Below, in pieces: positions 28,626 through 39,436 of a stretch of DNA of 64,000 nt (position 1 is its first letter; each line of letters starts with the position of its first letter). The position numbers and the translations under genes were made by a program. The DNA is from Selaginella moellendorffii (Eukaryota; Plantae; Lycopodiophyta). Under the pieces are notes generated by a model. The model made no database searches. It had not been told where the DNA came from and saw nothing but the letters and a program-made list of their open reading frames with translations. The stretch is taken from contig NW_003314332.1 of NCBI RefSeq assembly GCF_000143415.4, forward strand, positions 496,001-560,000, in the 5' to 3' direction.

Positions 28626-31484
28626 ATGGCTCGGCGGATCATCGCCGCGGTCCACCAGCACCGCAACGCTTCCAGCGCCAGGCTCGGGCAGCACAAAGAA
28701 TCATCGTCGCCGCCGGGGCTCCTCGAGCAGCAGGCGGCATCGAATCAGCGCCGCAGCCAGCGGCGTCCCACCGCGGCAATCGTGTCGTCGGCCGTGGGGG
28801 CGGGATTTCTCCTCCTGGTGCTCGTCCTCGTGATCTTGGTGTACCGCCGGGTGAAGAGATCCAGCGCCCGGACGATCAGCCCAGCGTCGGAGCAGCAAAG
28901 CCCCATCCGGCTGCGGCGATTCTCCTACCGCGAGCTAAGATCCGCGACTGGACGATTCAGCGACAGCCACAAGCTCGGGCAGGGAGGATTTGGCTCGGTG
29001 TTCAAGGGGACGCTCAAGAACGGGCAGCACATCGCGGTGAAGAAGCTCGACACGGCATCGCTCCAGGGCGAGCGCGAGTTCATGAACGAGCTGTCGATCA
29101 TGGGGAGCATGGCCAGCAGCCCGTTCGTGGTGGGATTGATCGGCTTCTGCGCGGAAACCAAGCGCAAGATGCTCGTCTACGAGTTCATGGCCAACCGGAG
29201 CCTCCAGGAGGTCCTCTTCGACGAGAAGCACAGCGTGGTGCTCCAGTGGGAGCGGCGGGCCAAGATCGTGGCGGATGTGGCGAGGGCGCTGGCGTTTCTT
29301 CACGGGAAATGCGAGCCCCCGATCGTCCACGGCGATGTCAAGCCCAGCAATGTGCTGCTAGGGGCGGATTTCGGGGCCAAGCTCGCGGATTTTGGGCTGG
29401 CCAGGGTCAAGACGCAGGAATCGGCGGCGGTGGACGAGCGGGAGCGCGTGAGATCGCAGCGCATCGCCAGGGATCGAGAGAGGAGGAGGAAGAAGGATCA
29501 TCACCAGTCTAGGGCTCATCCGGCAACTAGGGTTCTTGAGCAGCACGAGGACGAGGAGAGCGATCCACCAGTGCTTCCAGATCGTGGAGCTCCTGCCGCT
29601 GCCGCTTCTCCAGATCCGGTTGGCTCCACCGACCACACGACGATCAAGAATGTGGAGGGCGACGAGAGGACGACCAACGAGAGATCTGGCGAGGAGTCGC
29701 AAGGATCGCCGGAGCTGCAGGCCGGTGATCCCGGCAGCAGCGACAGCAAATCTCCGGTGCTTTCGCCGAGCAAACAGGCCGCCGCGGATCACGAGAACGA
29801 CGACTTTGGCAAGCTCTCTCGGGGCGGAGCTGCGACGCCGAGTAGCATTGGAGGCGGGCAGGACGACGACGAGGAATGGAGCAAGCTGAGCCAGTCGGCG
29901 TATGGGACCGAGGCCGATACCTGGAGCAAGATCAGCCCCTCGGAGATCGATTGCCGGTCCGAGATAAGTTTCGATGGCACGGGGCAGGGACAGGCCGGGA
30001 TCAAGAACTTCCTGGGAAGGAAGAAGCCTTGGGGGCAGAGGAAAGCGTCGGCTTCGCCAAGCTCTGGGAATGGGAAGAACAGTAACAATGGGAGCCGAGA
30101 CTGGTGGTGGAAACAGGAAAGCAGTGGTCAGCAGGGTGGTGGTGGTGGGGAGTTTAGCATCCGGGAGTATATCGTGGACTGGGTCTCGTGTGAGAACCGG
30201 CGAGGGAGGTCGAGGACTCGCGAGTGGCCTTGGAATGCAGCCAGCTCCGGTACCGCTGGTGCGGCGGCGGCTGGGACGAGCAGCGAGGGGAAGAACAACG
30301 TGAAGAAGAAGAAGAAGCAGGCGAGGTCCGGGAGCTTGGAGTGGTGGGCCGAGTGTGACGACGATGACGAGCTCGCGAAGAGGATCAAGGCGGAGCAGAA
30401 GCGGAAGAAGAAGTTGCGGAAGGAGCAGGAGAAGCTGGCGATGAGCGTGAGCAGGGAGAGTAGCAGGGATTGGTGGAGGAGAGATCGGGATCAGCCTGTG
30501 GAGTATCATGGTCCGGACGAGTTTAGCGGGGAGATATTGAAAAATGGTGGTGGAGGCATCAAGCGGAGGAGCATGAGTGAGGAATCGTTTACTTTTTATC
30601 ACTCCGGTGATTTTAACAGCAAGGCCGCCACCAACAGCGACACCAACATCAACACCAACGACACTAACAGCAACACCAACAATCCAAGCAATAGCATGGA
30701 ACTGCTAGCAACCTTGGGCAACTCCGGTGGTGGTGGTGGTGCTCTTATCAACAGCGATGATCACAGCCGGAGACGGGTTAGAACTCGCAGCCGAGAGTGG
30801 TGGAGTGGTGAAATGCAGCGCGGCAAAGAGTGGTGGTCTGGAGAACTAACGAGCAACGAGACCAACAACAACAACAGGAAAGGTGGTAGGCTCTTTGAGA
30901 CTTGGAGCAGGGAGTCACTGAGCGGGGAGCTAACGAGGCGCCGCCGCCGCGAGAGGTCGCGGTCGCATTCCCGGGACTGGTGGTCTGGCGATCTCGTCAG
31001 CCGCGTGAGCTCCACGCCGAGCATGCGCGGCACCGTGTGCTACGTCGCTCCAGAGTATGGTGGCGGTGGGGTGCTGACTGAGAAGTCGGATGTTTACAGC
31101 TTTGGGGTGCTGCTCCTAGTGGTGGTGTCGGGGCGGAGGCCATTGCAGGTGGTAGCGGCGCCGCTGAGCGAGTTTGAGCGAGCGAATCTCATATCCTGGG
31201 CTCGCCATGCTGCTCAAGCGGGGCGGGGGTTGGATCTAGTGGACCCTCTTCTGGCCGGAGCCTACTCCAAGGAACAGGCAACGCTGTTTATATCTCTGGC
31301 GCTACTGTGCCTCCAGAGGGTGCCGTCGCTCAGGCCTTCGATGAGTGACGTGGTGAAGATCTTCTCGGGAGAGGCCGAGCTGCCGGCTTTGCCGTTTGAG
31401 TTCTCACCTTCGCCACCGGGCTGTGGTTTCAAGTCGAGGAGGAAGGCTTCGGCGGAGCATGTCGCGGTGGACATGCCGTCGTGA
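28626..31484 (+). CDS. Membrane-anchored receptor-like kinase (RLCK-XI type) with a very large activation-segment insert
   Basis: TM helix, RRFSYREL, LGQGGFGSVFKG, IAVKK, HGDVKPSN, DFGLAR; then ~530 aa insert before STPSMRGTVCYVAPEYGGGG. Confidence 0.92.
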   Translation: MARRIIAAVHQHRNASSARLGQHKESSSPPGLLEQQAASNQRRSQRRPTAAIVSSAVGAGFLLLVLVLVILVYRRVKRSSARTISPASEQQSPIRLRRFSYRELRSATGRFSDSHKLGQGGFGSVFKGTLKNGQHIAVKKLDTASLQGEREFMNELSIMGSMASSPFVVGLIGFCAETKRKMLVYEFMANRSLQEVLFDEKHSVVLQWERRAKIVADVARALAFLHGKCEPPIVHGDVKPSNVLLGADFGAKLADFGLARVKTQESAAVDERERVRSQRIARDRERRRKKDHHQSRAHPATRVLEQHEDEESDPPVLPDRGAPAAAASPDPVGSTDHTTIKNVEGDERTTNERSGEESQGSPELQAGDPGSSDSKSPVLSPSKQAAADHENDDFGKLSRGGAATPSSIGGGQDDDEEWSKLSQSAYGTEADTWSKISPSEIDCRSEISFDGTGQGQAGIKNFLGRKKPWGQRKASASPSSGNGKNSNNGSRDWWWKQESSGQQGGGGGEFSIREYIVDWVSCENRRGRSRTREWPWNAASSGTAGAAAAGTSSEGKNNVKKKKKQARSGSLEWWAECDDDDELAKRIKAEQKRKKKLRKEQEKLAMSVSRESSRDWWRRDRDQPVEYHGPDEFSGEILKNGGGGIKRRSMSEESFTFYHSGDFNSKAATNSDTNINTNDTNSNTNNPSNSMELLATLGNSGGGGGALINSDDHSRRRVRTRSREWWSGEMQRGKEWWSGELTSNETNNNNRKGGRLFETWSRESLSGELTRRRRRERSRSHSRDWWSGDLVSRVSSTPSMRGTVCYVAPEYGGGGVLTEKSDVYSFGVLLLVVVSGRRPLQVVAAPLSEFERANLISWARHAAQAGRGLDLVDPLLAGAYSKEQATLFISLALLCLQRVPSLRPSMSDVVKIFSGEAELPALPFEFSPSPPGCGFKSRRKASAEHVAVDMPS

Positions 31485-31675
31485 GAAGGGATTGATTGCT
31501 CGAGTGCTGCTACTTGCTGCGCGGATTCACAGCCAAACTGCTCGCTCGTCCACCAGGTAGAGTTTGTTTTTCGGGTTGGATGTCTCCACTGGTGCTAACT
31601 ACTCCGTGTGGCAGGTGTTCTTCGAGTACCAGTAGTGAAATGACTGGATTGGCCTCCACGCACTCGAAGAGTCGT

Positions 31676-33490
31676 CTACCAGTAATCTCCACAAGAACAC
31701 ACGCCGTCTTTGAAAAGGTGAAACCTGCTAGTGTCCCGGACGATGATCTCGCGACCTTCCATGGTCCTTGACACGAACTTTGTGAACTCGTGGCAGTCCC
31801 GGCACACTCTCAGGTTCTTTATAATATGAATGGGAGAGTTTCTTTTACCAGGAACGCTCATTGCTCCAAATGCCAGTGCCAGTCTCTCGCTGTGGAGCTT
31901 CCTCTCCACGCTCCCCAGCAGCAGTGGCCGCGTGTCCGGGACGTATCCCAGCTCGAGAGCTCGCGCGTGGAGCTCGTCCAGGTACGAGTAAATCTCTTTC
32001 GCCTGTGGATGCCACTGACTTCTTACGCAGAACTCGTGAACTCGGCCTCTCACCACGATCTTGCTCGAGCCCGGCTCTTTCTTCGGGCACCGGGACTCCA
32101 TGAGACGAGCAACGGCCTCGGCCTCCTCCGGCATCCCTGCGTCGGTGTACATGCTCGCCAGCGTCAAGTATCCCGCTCGGCAGTGAGGAAGAAACTCAAA
32201 CACCTTCTCGGCAGCGCGCTTGCCTCGCTCCAGATCGCCATAGCTCCGGCACGACCCCAGGAAGATCGACCATGTTATGGCCTCCTCCTTGACGGGCATT
32301 CGGGCAATGAAACTCTCGGCCTCTTCCAGCTTCCCGGCTCGTCCCAGCATATCCAGCATGCAGTGGACGTGGTGGGCAGTGGGTCTCAGCTCGTGATCTC
32401 TCACCAGCGATGCGAAGTGGAAGCGGCCCTCGGGGACGAAGCCGCCATGGCAGCAAGCTTCGAGCACTCCCACGAAAGTTACGTCGTTGGGTCTCACACC
32501 CTCCTGCTGCATGAGCGTGAAGAGCTTGAGAGCTACCCGAGGATGGCCGTGCCGGGCATACGCTTCCAGGATGGCGCTCCACACCACCACGTCTCTCTCC
32601 GCGAGCTTGTCGAATATCTTCTTGGCTTCCGCGAGTCCGCCACACTTGCCATACATGTTGAGCAGCGCGGTGCCGAGCACGGTGTTGCTCTCCAGCCCGG
32701 CTTCGATGATCCGGCAGTGGATGGTCCGCGCGTCGGTGATCCGGGCCACGAGAACGCAGGCGTGAACCACGGTCACGAAGGTGATCACGTTGGCTTGGAT
32801 CCCCTCGGCGTCCATTCGGTGGAACATCTCCAGGGCCTCGGTGCCGTGCCCGGTCTGGGCATACGCGGCGATCATGTTGCTCCAGCTGACAACGTCTTTG
32901 ATCGCGAGCTCGTCGAAGACTTGGCGCGCTCGATCGATGCTGCCTACCTTGCTGTACATGTTGAGCAGCGCGGTGGCGACGACTGGATGCGATCCAAAGC
33001 CCACCTCGAGTGCCAGGTCGTGGACGAGTTTTGCCCAGCGATGAAGCTCCGGCCCGGCGAATGCGTTGAGCACCGACGTGAAGGTCACGTAGCTGGGCTG
33101 GATCCCGTCCAGGAGCATCCGGAGGAAGATCACGATGGCGTCGCTGGATCGATCGTTCTGTGCGTAGGCGGAGATGACGGCGTTCCACGAGACGATGTTC
33201 CTTCTCTTCATTCCGGAGAATGCCCGAGAGAGATCTTCCATGCCCCCGCATTTGCCATACATGATGAGGATGTGATTGGCGAGGAACATCACGTCCTGGT
33301 GCCCGGTGGCCACGATCCTGGCGTGCAAGCGCCGGCCATTGCCCAGATTCTTGCTCCGGCCGCAGGCGAGGAGGAGATCTAGGTATTCTGTGACCTCGCG
33401 GCTGCCTTGATCCAGACGGAGAATGTAGCGTGGCCGTCGGGAAGTATCGATCGCCGTGGAAATTCTGCTGCTGCTGCAAATGGAGATCAT
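31676..33490 (-). CDS. PLS-DYW PPR protein (candidate C-to-U RNA editing factor)
   Basis: PLS repeats, E/E+ region (KKEPGSSKI), GYVPDT, HSERLA, KNLRVCRDCH, ends CSCGDYW. Confidence 0.95.
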   Translation of the reverse strand: MISICSSSRISTAIDTSRRPRYILRLDQGSREVTEYLDLLLACGRSKNLGNGRRLHARIVATGHQDVMFLANHILIMYGKCGGMEDLSRAFSGMKRRNIVSWNAVISAYAQNDRSSDAIVIFLRMLLDGIQPSYVTFTSVLNAFAGPELHRWAKLVHDLALEVGFGSHPVVATALLNMYSKVGSIDRARQVFDELAIKDVVSWSNMIAAYAQTGHGTEALEMFHRMDAEGIQANVITFVTVVHACVLVARITDARTIHCRIIEAGLESNTVLGTALLNMYGKCGGLAEAKKIFDKLAERDVVVWSAILEAYARHGHPRVALKLFTLMQQEGVRPNDVTFVGVLEACCHGGFVPEGRFHFASLVRDHELRPTAHHVHCMLDMLGRAGKLEEAESFIARMPVKEEAITWSIFLGSCRSYGDLERGKRAAEKVFEFLPHCRAGYLTLASMYTDAGMPEEAEAVARLMESRCPKKEPGSSKIVVRGRVHEFCVRSQWHPQAKEIYSYLDELHARALELGYVPDTRPLLLGSVERKLHSERLALAFGAMSVPGKRNSPIHIIKNLRVCRDCHEFTKFVSRTMEGREIIVRDTSRFHLFKDGVCSCGDYW

Positions 33491-33761
33491 TGCCGCCCTG
33501 GAACGCTGTCCATAGCCGCGAAGCTGGGAACCAAGCGCCAGCGCCCTAGAAGCCTAAAAGCCCTAAATTTTGGCGCCAAATTGCTCGTTAAAAGCTAAAA
33601 GATTCTTTCTCTCCGCAAAGAATATGCTCTTTTACCAATTTATTGGTTTTATTAGGGCACCCCTTGCTATAATTATATCAATTGCCTAGATTTGATCCCA
33701 GCATTTTAGGGTAGAAGAATATAAATAAAAATAAATTATAATTTGTTATTATTAAAACAAG

Positions 33762-34619
33762 TTACATACTGTTTAATGCCCACCACACACTAGTTTCAGC
33801 TAATGCTTTATAAATTACTATATTACAGTCATTTTGAATAATAAGATAAGTAAATAAAAAGCACTTTGGTTGCTGATTACAATATTTATTACTTGACCAT
33901 AACACTTTTCTTTCTTCTGTATATAGTACTAAATTACCATCATTTTGAAGATTAAGAATGCAATAGCCATTATAATATTTCTCATTAGGGGATTCCCATA
34001 TAACATTTTTTTCAGAAAACAAAGCAAGTTTACAACTATATTGTAAATATAATATGATTTTACCATTTGGTGAGGTTAAAAATTGACCTCTATACAAAAT
34101 ATTATCAGAAAAACCTGCATTTAAAGTTTTTTGAGCAATTTGACAGTCTTTTTTATACTCGCAATCTATATTTATGTTTGTAGTAATATTAAAAGGTTTC
34201 CAACGAGTTACTAATGCATAACGAATTGAATACTTATTAGATATAATTTTACATTCATCAGACCGTGCTTTAAGTAAATCCTTTGAAAATTTTGTTAATA
34301 CTTCTTTCATTGACCTTCGTAGAGACCCTCCAAATATAGAATTATCTTCTGTATTTCCATTTGAACAATGTCCAATAGCAAAACGTTGTACTCTTATTAC
34401 AACACCTCCTCCATCAATATCTATTAAACTTGAGTTAATAAAATTTGATGGATATTGTTCCCATTCTTGTAGTTGAGATAAAAGTTTTTCATATTCAGTG
34501 ATAATGGTGTTAATATCATTTTCAGTAAGTGTATTATTTTTCCCCCATTCTACATTTGTTGCTCCTAAAACCAGTTTTACTAGAATAAATAAAAGTAGTA
34601 TTTTATAAAGATAATCCAT
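33762..34619 (-). CDS. Secreted protein with a C-terminal bulb-type (B) lectin domain; very AT-rich
   Basis: Signal peptide; NILYRGQFL, QNDGNLVLY and QNDCNIVIY (QxDxNxVxY mannose-binding motifs), LWSSN. Confidence 0.85.
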   Translation of the reverse strand: MDYLYKILLLFILVKLVLGATNVEWGKNNTLTENDINTIITEYEKLLSQLQEWEQYPSNFINSSLIDIDGGGVVIRVQRFAIGHCSNGNTEDNSIFGGSLRRSMKEVLTKFSKDLLKARSDECKIISNKYSIRYALVTRWKPFNITTNINIDCEYKKDCQIAQKTLNAGFSDNILYRGQFLTSPNGKIILYLQYSCKLALFSEKNVIWESPNEKYYNGYCILNLQNDGNLVLYTEERKVLWSSNKYCNQQPKCFLFTYLIIQNDCNIVIYKALAETSVWWALNSM

Positions 34620-35350
34620 TTACACATATAAACGAAGAAAAATAGATCAAATCAATATCATGTTAAAATTTAAAACTTTAATTTGAGTTTTTACTAAGAA
34701 CATAAATTAGTCCTTTACAAATGTTTTTAATTAAAATAATCATGTCTAAATTTATTTAGAAGTCCAATAGAATATTCATATTGTATAAAGCCATTCCAGA
34801 TTTATTTGGGTTTATGGAAAATGATTCGTTTTGTTTTTTCTTTTCTTTTTTTGTTTTACTGAGGATTATATTCTCTTATTTAGTGGAAAGAATACTCTAG
34901 ATTTGGACATTCCTAAGGAATATTTTGAGTGAAGAGGAATCAGGATCTAGAGCTGAAGAAAAGCTCCATAGAGTTTATGTAGAGTTTAGGGTGCAAAACT
35001 CTGTTCTTTACATCTTTCCACCTCTAGTCTACCATTTACCCCAACATCTTAGAGACTTCTCTTTTATTGGAAATGGTGCGTGCTACAAATCTATATTCTA
35101 AGTCCAATTTCTTCTTACAAAGCACAATCCCATGTATTTATATGAACGCATGCCATTCTCTAGATCCCAATTCCTTGCATCTTTCCTTGAAAACTCCTTT
35201 GGAGATGAACTTTAAGGTTTAGATGTGTAACAAGAAAGAAAAGGAGAAATAACTATTTATTTTAAGTAAGCTGTCCTAATCATTATTCTCTGTCACTCTT
35301 TCCAATTCCATAATCTTCCAAAGATTCATTTCGTTGAGAATGAAGTTGAT

Positions 35351-35743
35351 GAAGATCCTCTGGACTGCGGCTGCGACTCCTGTACCTGGCGCTTCTTCCA
35401 CCATCACCAGACCTGTCTGGAGATGGCGTATGGTAGCGCCGAGCATCCGAGTAAGCCTGGCTAAATCCTCTACCTCGGTGGATTCTGCCTTTCCGATCGG
35501 GGGGTGGTGGGCTTCGGCATGATGTGCAGCGTGGAGGTGATGGGCTCCCGATGCGCGCCAAAGGTGGTGAACTCTGACGCTGTGGACTCCGACGATGACG
35601 GGGAGGTGTTCCAGTTGGACCAGGTGGAGGTGTTGGACTCGGACTTGTGTGCCGCAGAGGTGTCACACTTCGAGCGGCTCGCTTTGCAGGGCTTCGGCTT
35701 CTTCGGCTCGTCCTCGCCACTGCCTCCATCACTTGAAATTGAC
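35351..35743 (-). pseudogene. Diverged duplicate of the cyclophilin RS-domain 3' exons
   Basis: [41 protein letters not shown] and [10 protein letters not shown] match 37240-37890. Confidence 0.8.
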
Positions 35744-35915
35744 CTAAAGAGGAGAAGTTTATCAAGTATATATATACACGTAAAAGGGTGATCTTGAAAG
35801 CTCTTAAACATAGGTTTCAATCTGAGAGCACGAGAATATAAGCCACGCTCAAGGTCTTTTCGTAGTCTCCGTGACGAGTAAAGAAGAGAATCCTTTGAGA
35901 AAAGTCAAACGAATC

Positions 35916-36830
35916 ATGGAAAAGGAATTGCCCATTCTGGGATCATGGGCGACAGAGCTGCCTGGATGGCATCGGTGGGGATGCAAAAGAGCCTGGCCGT
36001 ATGTTCCAGAGGTGGGCACCTCCAAACTTTTGCAACAAATCGAGGGCGTGCATCCCAAGCTGTCGGAGGCCCCTGACCCTGAGCTTGGAAAGCAGATGCA
36101 GCTCTTGGAATTCTTGGACCTGTGTGTGGCTCCGCGAGCGTTTACGCTGGAGCCAGGCGCCACCAGGGCCAGGATGCTACGTTTAAATTACGACCCCAGG
36201 GAAGGTCCCCGCGCCATCCCTGCGGGCTTGGTTGCTGCTGCAGATTACATGGATACGAGGCAAGAAAAGGGAGGCCTCATCAGCCTGGATGATGTTGTCA
36301 AGGTGCACAAGCTTGTGATGATGAATCACGGTAGTGGTGAAGAAGCTGAAGATGAAGCTGATACTGATGCCTTGGGCGAGTATATTGATGAGCTCCACAC
36401 CAAGCTGGGAGCTCTCGAGGATGATCCGAGCCTCAGTTGGCAGCAGCGCGCCCAGCGCCTGATAACAATCGCTGCGGAGACTTTGCTGTGGTTTTTCGGC
36501 CGCAGGCCATTCAAAGACGGCAACGCGAGGGTGGCGGAGGTGGTGTGCGTGTGGCTCTTGGAAAGCCTGGCGCCCTGCGTGCCATTCAGCATCAATCTGT
36601 GGCTTGCGCTGGATGAGGGGAAGATGGGAAGTTTAGTTGGCTGCCAGAAGCGGACTCACAGGGAGCGCTCATTTACGCTGCCACCGTCGGGTGTGGAAGA
36701 CGTAGTAGCATATATTGTGGAGAGGCTGTGGGTGGCTTGGAATAACGTGCTTCGTTTTGATTCTGGCCCGGTTGAAGACGAGAATCCCTTAGAGAGTTTC
36801 TCAAAATTGCTGTGCGACAGTTCTTATTAA
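35916..36830 (+). CDS. Fic/Doc (Fido) domain protein with a degenerate catalytic motif
   Basis: ISLDDVVKVHKLVM helix and AAETLLWFFGRRPFKDGNARVAEVV, resembling HPFxDGNGRxxR; intronless; first ATG at 35916. Confidence 0.75.
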   Translation: MEKELPILGSWATELPGWHRWGCKRAWPYVPEVGTSKLLQQIEGVHPKLSEAPDPELGKQMQLLEFLDLCVAPRAFTLEPGATRARMLRLNYDPREGPRAIPAGLVAAADYMDTRQEKGGLISLDDVVKVHKLVMMNHGSGEEAEDEADTDALGEYIDELHTKLGALEDDPSLSWQQRAQRLITIAAETLLWFFGRRPFKDGNARVAEVVCVWLLESLAPCVPFSINLWLALDEGKMGSLVGCQKRTHRERSFTLPPSGVEDVVAYIVERLWVAWNNVLRFDSGPVEDENPLESFSKLLCDSSY

Positions 36831-37055
36831 TCTAATTGATCAATTGAGAGTTCATAATTATACACATGTTTAAAAATATAAACAGAAGAAAATATACTAG
36901 GAAGTGTTTAAGAAAGTTTATAGATTACTACATAAAACTAATTTAAATGAATAACGACCATTAGATGGTAAAATATTTTAAAATATCCAAGCTTAGCAAC
37001 TACATTTTCGCTTCACAAAACAAAGAACACAAGATTCACAAGAAAAGAAGTTTTC

Positions 37056-37328
37056 CTACGGACTGGTATCACCGTACGATACTAGGCTCCGCGGGTGAGG
37101 CTGTGCTGGCGACCGCGACCTCCGCGAGCGTGGTGCTGGCGACCGGGAGCTTCGCGAGCGTGGCGGCGGCGTCCGAGATCTACTCCGAGTCGGCCTCCTG
37201 GGAAGCTGGGATCCATTTCTTCGAGGGCCAAGTCGATGGCGAAGATCCTCTGGACTGCGGCTGCGACTGCGGCTAGAGCTTCTCCGGTACCTGGCAATCA
37301 AATGGCCACCCACATTCACCACCAAAGC

Positions 37329-37368
<40 letters not shown>

Positions 37369-39436
37369 CAAGAACTGACCTTCTTGGAGGACTTCTGGGC
37401 CTTCGGGCTGGAGAATAGTGCCTGTAGTTCCTGCTACAAAGAGCTCAGAGGAGAAGGAAAACCAAAAAGCTGGGAATGAGCTTACCTGTTGCTTCTTCCG
37501 CCCCCATTGTATCCACGAGACCTGTCCGGTGATGGCGTGCGGTAGCGCCGAGCGTAGGAGTAAGCCTGACTAAATCCTCTACCTCGACGGATTCTGCCTT
37601 CTCGATCGGGACTAGCACGGCGTGGAGCTGTCGGGCTTCGGCGGCGTGGAGGAGATGGGCTCCGGCGGCGCGGCGAAGGTGGTGGAGTCTGACGCTTTGG
37701 CGCAGGACTCCTACGTCGTGGAGGTGATGGAGGACTCCGATGACGGCGAGGTGTTGCACCTTGATGAGGTGAAGGTGTTGGACTCGGACTTATGTACCGC
37801 GGGGGTGTCACACTTCGAGCGGCTCGCTTTGCAGGGCTTCGGCTTCGGGATTTGCTCGGACTGCGGCTCCGCCTCGCGACTGCCCCCTTGTGATGGACGG
37901 GACTAGCACTTTGACTCCTGTCTTAAAATGTTAGCCAGACTAATTGTCTATCATCTTTCTACCTTGATGACTTTGGAGGTGGCGCCTCTGCTCGACCGGC
38001 CTTGTTCTCCTCGGCACGAACACTGATCACATCCTGACGCTCTTTGCTGGCTTTTCCTCTCTTATCCCGCTCCTTTTCCGCGTCACTCTCCGATTCTGCA
38101 CTGCTTCCTGCTTCACTGTCCGACCTGAAACAAAGCAAGTAAGCGTACATTCCTGGAGAGGACGAGGTAGACCAAACCTATTGGGTTTTCGGCGTTTTCT
38201 ATCTTTGTGTTTCCGCTTTTCCTTTCTTTTCTTCGATTTCTCCTTTTTTGAACGCCTTCGCCTTCTGCGCCTTTCCTCCTCACTGGATGTGTCTGACGAC
38301 GACGGAGAGAGCTCAGATTCGCTCTCCGAATCTGTGTCGGAATACCGATGGTTTTTCCTCTTCTTCTTGTCTGAAGTTTTCCGGCGCCTTCTCCTCGATC
38401 TTCTGTCGTCCTCACTTTCGTCGCTGGATGAGTATTCGTTGACCTTTTTATGCTTCTTGCTGGCTTTCTCGTTCTCTACGAAATAGAGAGCATTAAAACA
38501 ACTGTGCAAAAGAAACACCGTTATACCTTTTGCTGCAACTTTGTTCTCAGAGACTTCCCCACAATCAACAATCTTGATCGTATCAAAAGGTCTGTTCGAC
38601 ACCGGCTTAACAGGCTGTAACTCAATTTTTCTGAGCACTTCGAGACCCTCTACGACACGGCCGAATACCACATGCTTCCTGAATAAAAATTCATGAAAAC
38701 AAAACAGCGCAAAAGAAGTAAACGCACCCGTTAAGATGTGGCGCAGGTGCAAATGTGAGGAAGAACTGTGACTTGTTGGTATTTGGCCCGGCATTCGCCA
38801 TGGATAAAACTCCAGGCGTGTCATGAGTGCAAACGAAGGACTCGTCTACAAGAGCCAGAATGGAAAAAAATTAAAGCACGCTAGGAAAAGAAATACAAAC
38901 CATTGAATCTGCCACCGTAAATACTTTCTCCACCAGTTCCTGCAGGAATCGGAGATGAGAAATGGTCGGCTACATCGCAATGAACAAGTGTGTATTACCA
39001 TCGCCCTTGGTAAAATCCCCGCCCTGCTTGCCATGCACTAAGTCACACACAGCCGAAAAGTAGAACAAAACCACATACCTGAGCCATGAAACCTTTGATA
39101 ACTCTGTGAAAGATAGAGCCTTTGTAATGTAGTCGCTGTCCAGTTTCTTTGCCTTTGCCTATCTCGCCTGTGAGGAAGTCCCCCCCAAAAAAAGAATGAG
39201 AATCGTTGATCTTCGCAGAGCGCGATGCGATGGAGACTTACCCGTGCACAGAGCGCGGAAGTTTTCCGCGGTGCGAGGAACCTTATCGGCGAAGAGCTGC
39301 GTAGAAAATGCGCCCACATTAGTAGAAGAATCGATGGACGCGCACTAGGAGCTCTCACCTCCATCACAACCCTTCCGGCGGGATCATCAGCGATGGTAAT
39401 ATCGAAGAACACTCGCGGATTCGGCTTCTTCCCCAT
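37056..39436 (-). CDS. Multidomain cyclophilin with an Arg/Ser-rich C-terminus (CYP63/CYP95-like)
   Basis: [57 protein letters not shown], Lys/Ser-rich linker, [23 protein letters not shown]. Confidence 0.93.
37330..37366. repeat. (AG)n microsatellite in a cyclophilin intron
   Basis: About 18 uninterrupted AG units. Confidence 0.95.

Noticed and set aside
29358-33479. Long antisense or alternative-frame ORFs (414, 530 and 427 aa) over the kinase and DYW-PPR
   Set aside because: Shadow ORFs expected from GC-rich codon bias; no protein motifs.
35283-35765. The cyclophilin duplicate as a mutually exclusive terminal exon
   Set aside because: Its candidate acceptor (35744) is phase 1 while the matching donor in the gene is phase 2, so a simple swap breaks the frame.
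35884-36810. GAGAATCC(T/C)TT.GAGA direct repeat at both ends of the Fic ORF as a TSD
   Set aside because: Short, imperfect and inside the reading frame; could be chance.
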